Shown here piece after piece: positions 1 through 8,163 of a DNA stretch of 32,000 nt (the stretch's first letter is position 1; every line of letters starts with the position of its first letter). The translations under genes were made by a program, and so were the position numbers. Source of the DNA: Pyrodictium delaneyi (GTDB lineage Archaea; Thermoproteota; Thermoprotei_A; Sulfolobales; Pyrodictiaceae); contig NZ_CP013011.1 of the NCBI RefSeq assembly GCF_001412615.1, forward strand, positions 150,001 to 182,000, given 5' to 3'. The notes beneath the pieces were generated by a model. It was not told the origin of the DNA. It saw only the letters and a program-made list of their open reading frames with translations, and searched no databases.

Positions 1-553
1 CATGCTCTGCTAGGATGTCTCGTACTCGCTTGTACTGCTCTAGTGCGTCCTCCTCAAGGCTCACCACTATAATCACAGCGTCAGCGTTACGCGCTATACC
101 GGCTATACGGGGTATATACTGGGGTGCATCCTCGGAGAGCGGAGGCGTGTCCACTAGCTGGAAGTAGATATCCTTGTAAGGCAGCATGCCGGGAACGGGG
201 AGAGTAGTAGCAAACGGATAGTCGGCTACACGTGTACGCGCCCCAGTAAGCCTGTGTACCAACAGGCTCTTCCCTGCATTAGGCGGCCCTATGACAGCTA
301 TCTGGGCGGCCCCCTCCTTCTCGATGAATATTCGTGGCCCGCCGCCACCCTTTCTCTTCCTCTTCTGCTCCTCTAGCTCCTCACGCAGCTCTGCAAGGCG
401 TCGCTTAGCCCACAGTAGAAGATTCTCCACGCCCTTATGCTTTGGAACAGCCGAGAGGAACTCCTCCAACGCTTGTATCTTCTCCTCAATGGTCTTGGCC
501 TCAGAGTACTTTGCCAGCTTAGCTTGCGCCTCTGGCGGCAGATTGGCTGGCAT
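1..553 (-). CDS. DRG/Obg-superfamily GTP-binding protein, N-terminal 184 codons (gene continues past the left window edge)
   Basis: Own minus-strand translation from ATG (complement of cat 551-553): MPANLPPEAQAKLAKYSEAKTIEEKIQALEEFLSAVPKHKGVENLLLWAKRRLAELREELEEQKRKRKGGGGPRIFIEKEGAAQIAVIGPPNAGKSLLVHRLTGARTRVADYPFATTLPVPGMLPYKDIYFQLVDTPPLSED... It has a helical N-terminus, a Gly run, the P-loop GPPNAGKS and a YPFATT G2-like motif, which is the DRG/Rbg layout. The ORF is open to position 1, so it is absent from the supplied ORF track. The + ORF 291..590 is its antisense shadow. Confidence 0.75.
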   Translation of the reverse strand, partial: MPANLPPEAQAKLAKYSEAKTIEEKIQALEEFLSAVPKHKGVENLLLWAKRRLAELREELEEQKRKRKGGGGPRIFIEKEGAAQIAVIGPPNAGKSLLVHRLTGARTRVADYPFATTLPVPGMLPYKDIYFQLVDTPPLSEDAPQYIPRIAGIARNADAVIIVVSLEEDALEQYKRVRDILAEH

Positions 554-723
554 AGCTGTGCTACCCTCCCCTCTATCCCCGCGCCCTTGATCCTAGCCGG
601 TACATCCTAAGGCTGTTAGAGGCCTATATCCTCTGACGTTTAGGAGGCTATGGCTCCCCAGAGAGTTTATAGAGAGATAAGAGTACAACCCTCCCGGCGC
701 GGAAACCTGGTGGTAGACAAGCT

Positions 724-1260
724 ATGGCACGCCGGCAGCGCAGGAAAGCTATAGCAATAGCCATGGCTGGCCTCTTCATAGTAATCCTCTTCCTTGAGCT
801 TATAGCGATATTCTCACCAGCATTACTAGGTATATTCCGGGGCAATGCGCATCACTATAGTGTTGTTGTATTTGCGCCTCCAGGCATGGAGCAGCAAGCA
901 ATGCAGGTAGCTAAGGATGTGGCTGAACGCCTCGGCGTCAAGGAGTACCGGGTCGAGCCAGTAGATACCAATACCACTTCAAAGCTAATGTCTATAGTGT
1001 TATTTGACAATGATGAGCCTGTACTAGTGCTATTCGCGAATGGAGTCGAAGGTGTTGGTGAAGTAGTCTATCAAATAGCATCACAGATGCTGCCTCGGGT
1101 ACCCAGCAATGCTACACTGCTATACGCGGGTAGCGCGGGAGCCTTCTTACTGCCCAAGAACGCGACACTAGTAGAGGATTTCGTCAAGAGTGTTATAGCG
1201 TCACCATTACCTCAGAGCAACACCACGAATACCACAGAGGCTAACATGACACAGAGCTAG
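724..1260 (+). CDS. hypothetical membrane-anchored protein (N-terminal basic stretch plus one TM, extracellular part with NxS/T sequons)
   Basis: 178-aa ORF. The N-terminus MARRQRRKAIAIAMAGLFIVILFLELIAIF looks like a signal anchor. Sequons: NTT, NAT (x2), NTTNTT, NMT. I recognise no family. Confidence 0.5.
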   Translation: MARRQRRKAIAIAMAGLFIVILFLELIAIFSPALLGIFRGNAHHYSVVVFAPPGMEQQAMQVAKDVAERLGVKEYRVEPVDTNTTSKLMSIVLFDNDEPVLVLFANGVEGVGEVVYQIASQMLPRVPSNATLLYAGSAGAFLLPKNATLVEDFVKSVIASPLPQSNTTNTTEANMTQS

Positions 1261-1382
1261 TAGCGAGGGAAATGATAAGATAGTGTGAGCTACACCACAA
1301 TGGTTATTCGTGCTTAGTCCTTTATGCCGTCTCGGCCTAGCTCTAAGGTTAGTCCCTGTAGACGACGAGGTTATGGACGGAC

Positions 1383-2792
1383 ATGAGTAGAGATAGGAGT
1401 GACGATCTCTCTAGGCTCCGTGAGCGCGTACTCTATACGGAGAGCTTATCCAGGCTGCTCCTATGGCTAGCAGCGCCCCTCATAGTGTCTGGAAGCGTTG
1501 AGGCCCTATACCAGATTGTAGATACGTTCTGGTTATCACGGTTGGGTAGCGCAGCTCTCGGCACGCCCATTGTGTCGTGGCCCTACCGCGGTATACTCGG
1601 GAGCATAGGATTTGGCTTAGCTAGCTCGATCTCAGCCCTAGCAGGCCAGTATATAGGCGCTAGGCGCTTTGACAGAGCTTCACGTGTCGTGGGAAGCGTT
1701 CTCGGCATCCTACTGGCCTTCGGCATACCAGCCTCATTAGTTCTCGTCGCTGGCCTCAACCTATACTTGGAAGCCATGAATGTCCCCGCGGATATACGCC
1801 CGCTCGCAGCAGTATACATAACGGTGACAGTGCTAACGATACCGCTGACATACATATACCTAGTATTCACTTTCGCCCTAGGAGCAGCAGGGAACACGAG
1901 GACACCCACAAAGATAAGCATAGCCTCGACCCTGACGAACGCAGTACTCGATCCCGTGCTTATCTTCTGGGCCAACATGGGCGTGCTTGGTGCAGCGCTT
2001 GCCACAGCTGCAGCGAACGCTCTCTCGGCTAGCTACGCGGTGTACAGCTTCGCTACAGGACGGCACGGTTACCACATAAGGCTGAAGGACCTCGTGCCCG
2101 AGAAGAACCTCCTACCGACAATTGCTAGGGTCTCTGGGCCGCTCGTAGCCCAGAGGCTTGGCACGAATCTAGGCTTCGTATTCATGGTCAGGATAATCTC
2201 CGGGCTTTCAACCCCGGTAGTAGCGGCCTACTCTATAGGCCAAGTGATACTAAACATAGACCACGTGATAGTAATGCCGATGGTGCGCGCCACGGGTATC
2301 GTTGTAGCTCAAAGCCTTGGGGCTGGTATGACCCGGCGGAGCCGCAGCACAGTACTAACTGGGGGGTTAATCATATCCGGCGCAACCCTAGTCTACATAG
2401 CTTTCCTTCTACTCCTACGTGACTGGTTCATATCTCTATTCACTACTGACCCTCAAGTAGTGGCAGCAGCAAGAAACATGCTGACAATATTTGCGCCCAG
2501 CATCATAGGCTTCAACATGTTCATGCTAGCGAACGTTGTAGCGAGGTCAAGTGGGCACACGGTATTCCTGTCGCTGCTAGGCATAGCTAGACTCTGGTTG
2601 TTCCGGATACCATTATCATGGTTGCTCGCATACCGCCTAGGACTTGGCGACCGTGGACTCTGGACAGGTATGGCCCTTAGCAACTATGTGACAGGAGTTC
2701 TAGCAGTAGCCTGGCTTGCACGAAGAGACTGGGCCAGAGCAGTAATAGAAGAAACAAAAACCGTCGCAACACCAGGCATAGGCGGCAAGTGA
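1383..2792 (+). CDS. MATE family multidrug/oligosaccharidyl-lipid efflux transporter
   Basis: 469 aa and hydrophobic throughout, consistent with about 12 TM segments. The N-terminal LLWLAAPLIVSGSVEALYQIVDTFWLSRLGSAALG fits the MatE-domain signature, and a second half repeat follows (ARVSGPLVAQRLGTNLGFVFMVRIIS...). Confidence 0.8.
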   Translation: MSRDRSDDLSRLRERVLYTESLSRLLLWLAAPLIVSGSVEALYQIVDTFWLSRLGSAALGTPIVSWPYRGILGSIGFGLASSISALAGQYIGARRFDRASRVVGSVLGILLAFGIPASLVLVAGLNLYLEAMNVPADIRPLAAVYITVTVLTIPLTYIYLVFTFALGAAGNTRTPTKISIASTLTNAVLDPVLIFWANMGVLGAALATAAANALSASYAVYSFATGRHGYHIRLKDLVPEKNLLPTIARVSGPLVAQRLGTNLGFVFMVRIISGLSTPVVAAYSIGQVILNIDHVIVMPMVRATGIVVAQSLGAGMTRRSRSTVLTGGLIISGATLVYIAFLLLLRDWFISLFTTDPQVVAAARNMLTIFAPSIIGFNMFMLANVVARSSGHTVFLSLLGIARLWLFRIPLSWLLAYRLGLGDRGLWTGMALSNYVTGVLAVAWLARRDWARAVIEETKTVATPGIGGK

Positions 2793-2954
2793 TTACAACA
2801 ATACAATGCTCATGTGCTAATAAGATGGATTAATGCAGCAAGGCAATATATAACTAACAAAATAGAAGCTGTCATTGCGTAGAGGTTGACTGCAATATAT
2901 CTAATAACGAGATACTGCTAGTTCTTACCTTAGAATAAGCCACGTAGTTTAGTA

Positions 2955-5477
2955 ATGAAGGGTGTAGCTAGGTTGAACACAGCGCGTGCATCCTTCCTTG
3001 CACTCGCATTTGCTCTTGTAGCACTCTTATCCATAGCGTCAATCAGCTACACTCTCTATAAGAATGTAGAGGTTCTATCTATACGTGTTACCAATATCGA
3101 GGAAGCAAACAAGTACCTCAATAACAGCATGGGAGAAGTATTTTGGAAGCTCGAAGAAATGACGACACATATTAAGAAGATAGACGAGAAGCTCGCAGAA
3201 CTAGAGAATAATATATACAATGTGAATGAAGATATGCGAGCCTCAATAGAAGAAGTAAAGAACAGCTTAGAAGCAGCATTGGCTGGTATAAGCAAACAAG
3301 TATACAGACTCGCTGAAACCATAACGGCTATGAGAAACCAGGTAGAGGTACTCCAAGAGAAAGTAATCGAGCTAGAGAATTCTGATAGAGTGTCCTCTGA
3401 AAGGATTAACAACATATATCAAAAGCTCTCAGAACTAGAGAGACAGATCACCGACCTTGCAAAAAGACTTGACAACCTAGAACAAGAGGTAGCAAGACTG
3501 GAGGAACAGGCTGGCGAAAATGCCGGAAAAATCACGGACCTCGAAAACCAGTTATCAGTTATCCAGTCTCTATTGTCCAGCCTCGAGCAGGCAGTTGCGA
3601 CACTCCAAAACGTGGCCAAAGACCTGGTAGAGCGCGTAGAGGCCCTCGAGTCCGCTAACGCTACTATAACCGGTGGTGGATCCACCACTACAGCTGTCGC
3701 TAACGAGACTACAACGAAGATGTTTAAGTGGCTTATACTAGTCTACATGGCTGCTGACAACAATCTAGAACACTACGCGATAAAGGATATCAACGAGATG
3801 GAGGAAGTAGGCTCGACCAGCGACGTGGCAGTCGTAGTACTCGTAGACAGGGCTAGGGGCTTTGACGACAGTAATGGAGGTTGGACAGGCACCCGTGTAT
3901 ACCTAGTTACAAGGGATAACGACCCGGATACTATAGGGTCGCGGCTACTTTTCGACCTGGGCGAACAGAGTACTAACGACCCGCGCTTATTACGCTGGTT
4001 CGTAGAAAACATGACTGCTATGTTTCCAGCTGAACACATCTTGCTTATTCTCTGGAATCATGGTGCCGGTATACTAGGCGGGTTCGCGGTAGACATGGAT
4101 TCTAGCCTTGGCAACAAGACTATGGACGTTGTTGAGATTGCTAATGCACTCCGTGGCCTCGACATAGACATTATAGGGTTTGATGCATGTCTCATGGGAG
4201 GCTATGAGGTGGCCTACTACCTCCAGTCGGTTGGCAAGGTGATGGTAGCCTCGGCTGACACTGAGCCGGTAGAGGGTTGGCCCTACAAGGATATACTGGG
4301 GTACATAGCGGCGAACCCTGATGCAGACGTAGCCGAGGTAGCTGCAAGAATAGTGCAGCTCTACGGCGAGAGTCTGACTGAATACAATATGCCGGCCACA
4401 CTCATAGCGCTAAACCTAACATCTCTACAGAGCGTGAACGAGGCTATAGCAGCCCTTTCCTACCACACCTATACGCCGGAGGACGTCTGGGCTCTAGCCC
4501 GCGCCATGGATGCAGCAGTGATGTACCCGCTCTCCGACCAGTACATGCTATTCCTAATGGGTGTAGCACAATACGGCTACATAGACCTCTACAACGCCCT
4601 CGCTATAGCAGAGCAACTGGCAACCCAGTATACAAGAGGCGTAATAGAGCAGCTAATGGGAGTGTTAGAGAACGCTGTGATAGCCAGCTACGTTGGTACG
4701 GAGTCGCCGGAGGTGCTCGGGCTCTCAGCTATAGGCCGTGAGTCGCTCTATTCAATGACAGCAGAACTGTATAACAAGACGCTGTGGGAGGCCCTCGCGA
4801 CTCCATGGAGCAGTCTAGTAGACAAGGTCGATACAATACTCCTGCAAGACCATGAGCCGCCGCGCGCCTCTGCGAACGTCGTCGAGACCCCTGAAGGAAT
4901 GGAAGTGAATGTTAAAGTGGAGTCGCAGGATGTCTCGAACTTGTATCTAGAGATACGGGATAGTAGAGACAATGCTACACTCAGTATAGTGTTGCTCGCG
5001 CCTAGTACCGGTATAGAGATTGGAGACGAGTATATACCGGTGTGGTTGAACGGCTCAGAGTCGAGCTATGTGTGGAGTGGCGCTGTGTACCAGCTTGTAT
5101 TTAGTGGGACCGTGTATCCCTCGACGGTGGTGATTGACACGGCTACGGGGCTAGGCATAGTACCTGGTATATACCGGGGCGGTCCGCTAGACTATGCAGT
5201 CCCGGCGGTCATGTTCTTCAACTTGTCCACGGGAGAACCGCTCTACGTGGTAGATGCGGAAAACGCGCTACTGGTAGAGCTGACTGAGACCTCTGAGTTC
5301 CTTCCGCTGCTATTGACGCCTATGGGCTGGAGTCATACGAGCGGGTTCCTCCCGGTAGAAGGCCTCCGGCTAGAGCAGGTAGCCCCAAGCGACCTGGGCG
5401 CGGGGCTAGATGTCTACCTCGTTGCGGTAGACCTCGCGGGCAACTTCGCCGAGGAACTATTGTACAGCACAACGTAG
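2955..5477 (+). CDS. membrane-anchored coiled-coil stalk fused to a clostripain-family (peptidase C11) cysteine peptidase, with a C-terminal beta-rich region
   Basis: 840 aa. TM segment SFLALAFALVALLSIASISYTLY. About 200 aa of heptad-like E/L/N/K-rich sequence (LAELENNIYNV, VIELENSD, LSELERQITDL, LDNLEQEVARLEEQ, ITDLENQLSVIQSLLSSLEQAVATLQNV). Thr-rich linker GGGSTTTAVANETTTK. C11 hallmarks: LVYMAADNNLE, catalytic-type His in LILWNHGAG (codon 4059-4061) and Cys in IGFDACLMGG (codon 4188-4190), then VASADTEPVEGWPY. Confidence 0.8.
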   Translation: MKGVARLNTARASFLALAFALVALLSIASISYTLYKNVEVLSIRVTNIEEANKYLNNSMGEVFWKLEEMTTHIKKIDEKLAELENNIYNVNEDMRASIEEVKNSLEAALAGISKQVYRLAETITAMRNQVEVLQEKVIELENSDRVSSERINNIYQKLSELERQITDLAKRLDNLEQEVARLEEQAGENAGKITDLENQLSVIQSLLSSLEQAVATLQNVAKDLVERVEALESANATITGGGSTTTAVANETTTKMFKWLILVYMAADNNLEHYAIKDINEMEEVGSTSDVAVVVLVDRARGFDDSNGGWTGTRVYLVTRDNDPDTIGSRLLFDLGEQSTNDPRLLRWFVENMTAMFPAEHILLILWNHGAGILGGFAVDMDSSLGNKTMDVVEIANALRGLDIDIIGFDACLMGGYEVAYYLQSVGKVMVASADTEPVEGWPYKDILGYIAANPDADVAEVAARIVQLYGESLTEYNMPATLIALNLTSLQSVNEAIAALSYHTYTPEDVWALARAMDAAVMYPLSDQYMLFLMGVAQYGYIDLYNALAIAEQLATQYTRGVIEQLMGVLENAVIASYVGTESPEVLGLSAIGRESLYSMTAELYNKTLWEALATPWSSLVDKVDTILLQDHEPPRASANVVETPEGMEVNVKVESQDVSNLYLEIRDSRDNATLSIVLLAPSTGIEIGDEYIPVWLNGSESSYVWSGAVYQLVFSGTVYPSTVVIDTATGLGIVPGIYRGGPLDYAVPAVMFFNLSTGEPLYVVDAENALLVELTETSEFLPLLLTPMGWSHTSGFLPVEGLRLEQVAPSDLGAGLDVYLVAVDLAGNFAEELLYSTT

Positions 5478-5505
5478 AGGTCCCGGGCCCTGTCTCTTGG
5501 ATCCT

Positions 5506-6222
5506 CTACCCTCTTCTCTTCCACGTGTAGGAGTGCTCTAATATGAAGTAGGCGGCATCGAGTAGGTCTTTTGCCACGTAGTCGGCCTCCTTGACGACAC
5601 GCTCGTCGTGCGGGTTCACTGCTATGGCTAGGCACGCCTCCCTCATGCCTCGGAGGTCCCAGTAGCTATCGCCTACGAAGGCTACCTCTCTCATACTGTA
5701 GCCTAGCCGGCGCGCTAGGGACAGTACTGCGCGGTCCTTGCGGTCGGCTTCTAGCCGTGGCTCGCCCCCAGGGACGAGGCGGCCCCAGGGGTCGAAGGAT
5801 AGTACTGGTGAGACCCAGTAGCGGATGCCGAGCTCCCTCGCGACGCGCGAGACAAGGACGTCTACGCCGCCGCTGACAAGGGCGGACTCTATTCCGGCTT
5901 CTCTGAGGATGTGTATAGCCTCGTAGGCGTCGCGGTTGATAGGGACCTCGGAGAATAGCTGCTCGAGGTCCCACCGAGTTATGCCGGGTACTGCTTCTAC
6001 CCATGCAAGCGTGTCGAGGAACATCCACTCCCAGTAGCCTATCCTGCCCTCCATGAACAACCGATAGTTTAGGCTGCTCTCAGCGGTGGTGCCGACGCGC
6101 TCGTGAAGATAACCCCAGCTGCTACGTATAGGCACGATTACCCCGTCCACGTCGAAGGCTACGAGTCTTATACGGCACCGGCCCGGATCATGCAACCCAC
6201 TAGCCCCTCTAGGCCTCTGCAC
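5506..6222 (-). CDS. HAD-superfamily hydrolase, phosphoserine-phosphatase-like (subfamily IB type)
   Basis: HAD motif I VAFDVDGVIV, motif II-like ALVSGGV, motif IV FVGDSYWDL. The annotated start is GTG at 6222. An in-frame TTG at about 6195 would give a shorter N-terminus, so the start is uncertain. Confidence 0.75.
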   Translation of the reverse strand: MQRPRGASGLHDPGRCRIRLVAFDVDGVIVPIRSSWGYLHERVGTTAESSLNYRLFMEGRIGYWEWMFLDTLAWVEAVPGITRWDLEQLFSEVPINRDAYEAIHILREAGIESALVSGGVDVLVSRVARELGIRYWVSPVLSFDPWGRLVPGGEPRLEADRKDRAVLSLARRLGYSMREVAFVGDSYWDLRGMREACLAIAVNPHDERVVKEADYVAKDLLDAAYFILEHSYTWKRRG

Positions 6223-6308
6223 CCAGGCGTACTGCTCTATGAGGCTGCCGCTAAGCGTATCAAGGAGGAAGTCCCGGGGCTCCTTCTCCGGGGAGGCGCA
6301 TAGCGGCT

Positions 6309-6830
6309 ATGAACCCTCTGTTGACCGTCCTGGTTCTCATTCTCGCCCTAGCCCAGACGCCAGCAGTCTCGGACGAGCCTGCTACGCCAGTGCCCGGCGA
6401 CTACGCTGTATACCAAGTCGAGACGAGCACTGGGCTAAGAATGCGCGTGAGAGTAGACATCCTCGGCTCTGATGAGCAGAGCATCCTAGTGGAGACCAGG
6501 GTGCTTGAGGCTCAAGGCCTGCATGACCCCCTAGCTAGACTGATTGTAGGAGGGCTAGAAGGTAGATACACTATACCACGCGATAATAAAGCAAACCTGG
6601 CTAGGACGCTAATGCTGGGCTCAGGGGCGGGACTACTCTACGTAGAGCCAACTAGCCTGCCCGACGGAGGAGTCATGAGGCTCACCCTCAACATGATGGG
6701 GGCGGAGCTAGTAGTCGAGGCCTCGTGGAGCCCCGAAAACGGGTGGCTACGCAGCCTAACAGCGAGCATCAGTGGCCTCTACCGGCTAGTAGTCAAGCTC
6801 GTGGAGTCTAGCTTCATGCAGGCCTCGTAG
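6309..6830 (+). CDS. hypothetical secreted protein
   Basis: 173 aa with signal-peptide-like MNPLLTVLVLILALAQTPAVS. By eye it shares motifs with the secreted protein at 24910..25512 (see findings). No known family recognised. Confidence 0.5.
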   Translation: MNPLLTVLVLILALAQTPAVSDEPATPVPGDYAVYQVETSTGLRMRVRVDILGSDEQSILVETRVLEAQGLHDPLARLIVGGLEGRYTIPRDNKANLARTLMLGSGAGLLYVEPTSLPDGGVMRLTLNMMGAELVVEASWSPENGWLRSLTASISGLYRLVVKLVESSFMQAS

Positions 6831-6898
6831 GGCTGTGGCACCGAGTATTAATCCCTCCGCAGACTAATACCTATCATACTAGTGGAGGAATCAACCCC

Positions 6899-7792
6899 AT
6901 GTCTACCCGTGCATCCCGCTCCTCAGCCCCAGTGGTTGTGAGCCTCCCCGGAAGCCTCTCCGGGGTAACAGCAATTGCAGCCAACAAAGTACAAGCCACG
7001 GTCACCCTCGAACAGCTCTCCGACGAGGGCATCGCGGTAGAGACCCGGGGCCCCCAGGGCCCGGCTCTACGCGCAGCCTACGAGACCGCGAGGCTACTCC
7101 TCGAAGCCCTAGGCGAAGAAGCCCAGCTACGCGTCATGCTCGAGCTAGAAAACCCGTCGATAAGCCCTATCTCCTCAGCCGCAGCAGCCACAGCGGCAGC
7201 ACTCATAGAACTCCTCGGGGTCGAGCCCGGCCCCCAGGAGCTAGCCCGGGTGCTAAACCGCGCCGTAGCAATAGCCTCCGGCAGGCCCCGCGCCGCACTA
7301 ACAGCCGCAGCCCTCCTAGGCGGCCTAGCCTCCGGCAGCGAGCAGCCACCCTACTACGCGCGCCACCCGGTCAAGCCCCCGAGCTGGCGGATATACGTAG
7401 CCAAGCCCTGCAAGCCCCTACCCGAGCCACCAGTCCTCGTCACAGCAGACAAGCTGCTCCAGCTAAGCCAGGCAGCAGCAACCCTACTAGCAGCAGCCGC
7501 GACAGAGGGCTGGAATACCCGCCTAGCAAAGCTAATGGCGCAAGAGAGCCCATGGGACTACGCTGCCCCCGAGCCGGTGAAGCGAGCCCGCCGAGAAGCC
7601 CTCGAAGCAGGCGCGGTAGCCGCAGGCCTAGACCCCTACACCGGCGTACTCGTAGTCCTCGCAGAGGAACCCGGACCAGCCGAGCGGGCGGCAGCGATAC
7701 TAGAAGCAGCCCAGGGCTGCCGGCCAGAACTAGTAGAGCTACAAGCATCAGACAAGGGAGCACTATTACGTAGAGAAGCCGAGGAGGTATAA
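6899..7792 (+). CDS. Ala-rich protein resembling a GHMP-kinase fold with a degenerate ATP-binding motif (function uncertain)
   Basis: 297 aa. ELENPSISPISSAAAATAAALIELL sits where GHMP kinases carry PxGSGLGSSAA, and a later AALLGGLASG resembles GHMP motif III. The size fits archaeal GHMP enzymes. The Gly residues of motif II are missing. Confidence 0.35.
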   Translation: MSTRASRSSAPVVVSLPGSLSGVTAIAANKVQATVTLEQLSDEGIAVETRGPQGPALRAAYETARLLLEALGEEAQLRVMLELENPSISPISSAAAATAAALIELLGVEPGPQELARVLNRAVAIASGRPRAALTAAALLGGLASGSEQPPYYARHPVKPPSWRIYVAKPCKPLPEPPVLVTADKLLQLSQAAATLLAAAATEGWNTRLAKLMAQESPWDYAAPEPVKRARREALEAGAVAAGLDPYTGVLVVLAEEPGPAERAAAILEAAQGCRPELVELQASDKGALLRREAEEV

Positions 7793-7993
7793 GCTCTCAC
7801 CTACAGTATATGCCATCACCCTTGTCTAAAAGAGGTAACACAATGGCCATCCAATCGGGGGCATGGGGTACTCCTTAGCAGGTGTATCACATTATTAACA
7901 TTATTAACTTCGCAGTTGCGACATGGTATATGATAATGTAGTGGATCTAAGTGGAGCAGGATACTCAGCCGACAAAGATCTGAAGGAGGAATG

Positions 7994-8072
7994 TGGTGCG
8001 GCGGCCGGGATTTGAACCCGGGATCACCGGCTTGGGAGGCCGGCGTCCTAGTCCAGGCTAGACGACCGCCGC
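7994..8072 (-). tRNA. tRNA-Gly (anticodon CCC), genomically encoded 3' CCA, no intron
   Basis: The reverse complement reads GCGGCGGTCGTCTAGCCTGGACTAGGACGCCGGCCTCCCAAGCCGGTGATCCCGGGTTCAAATCCCGGCCGCCGCACCA. It has a 7-bp all-G:C acceptor stem, anticodon stem CCGGC/GCCGG with loop CTCCCAA, T arm CCGGG-TTCAAAT-CCCGG, discriminator A and CCA. Folded by hand. Confidence 0.9.
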
Positions 8073-8137
8073 GCCCTGCTGGGCCCGCAGTGTTTGGCCC
8101 GGCCGCTCCATTGGTTTCTCTCGTCGCTGGCTCCGGG

Positions 8138-8145
8138 TTTTATAG
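8138..8145. promoter_or_regulatory. TATA-like box TTTTATAG (CTATAAAA on the other strand) between tRNA-Gly and thpR; possibly bidirectional
   Basis: This is the only A/T-rich element in the GC-rich 91-bp spacer. It begins 26 nt upstream of the GTG at 8164, giving a leaderless or near-leaderless thpR mRNA. It also lies about 66-73 nt upstream of the tRNA 5' end on the other strand, which would imply a roughly 40-nt tRNA leader. Confidence 0.35.
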
Positions 8146-8163
8146 GGTTTCCCTGGGCCCCTG

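Noticed and set aside
291-590. 99-aa + strand ORF (MTAIWAAPSFSMNIRGPPPP...)
   Set aside because: It lies entirely antisense to the well-supported DRG-like GTPase gene. Its product is low-complexity and Ser/Pro/Arg-rich, which is typical of a shadow ORF in GC-rich coding DNA.
7931-7984. Possible C/D-box sRNA (ATGATAA ... CTGA) downstream of the tRNA
   Set aside because: The C box is non-canonical (UGAUAA lacks the second GA), and there is no recognisable D' or C' box and no terminal stem.
7994-8072. tRNA gene as an integration site for a mobile element or genomic island
   Set aside because: There is no integrase, transposase or phage-like gene on either side. I noticed no second copy of the tRNA 3' half elsewhere in the window, and the neighbours are housekeeping RNA-processing genes.
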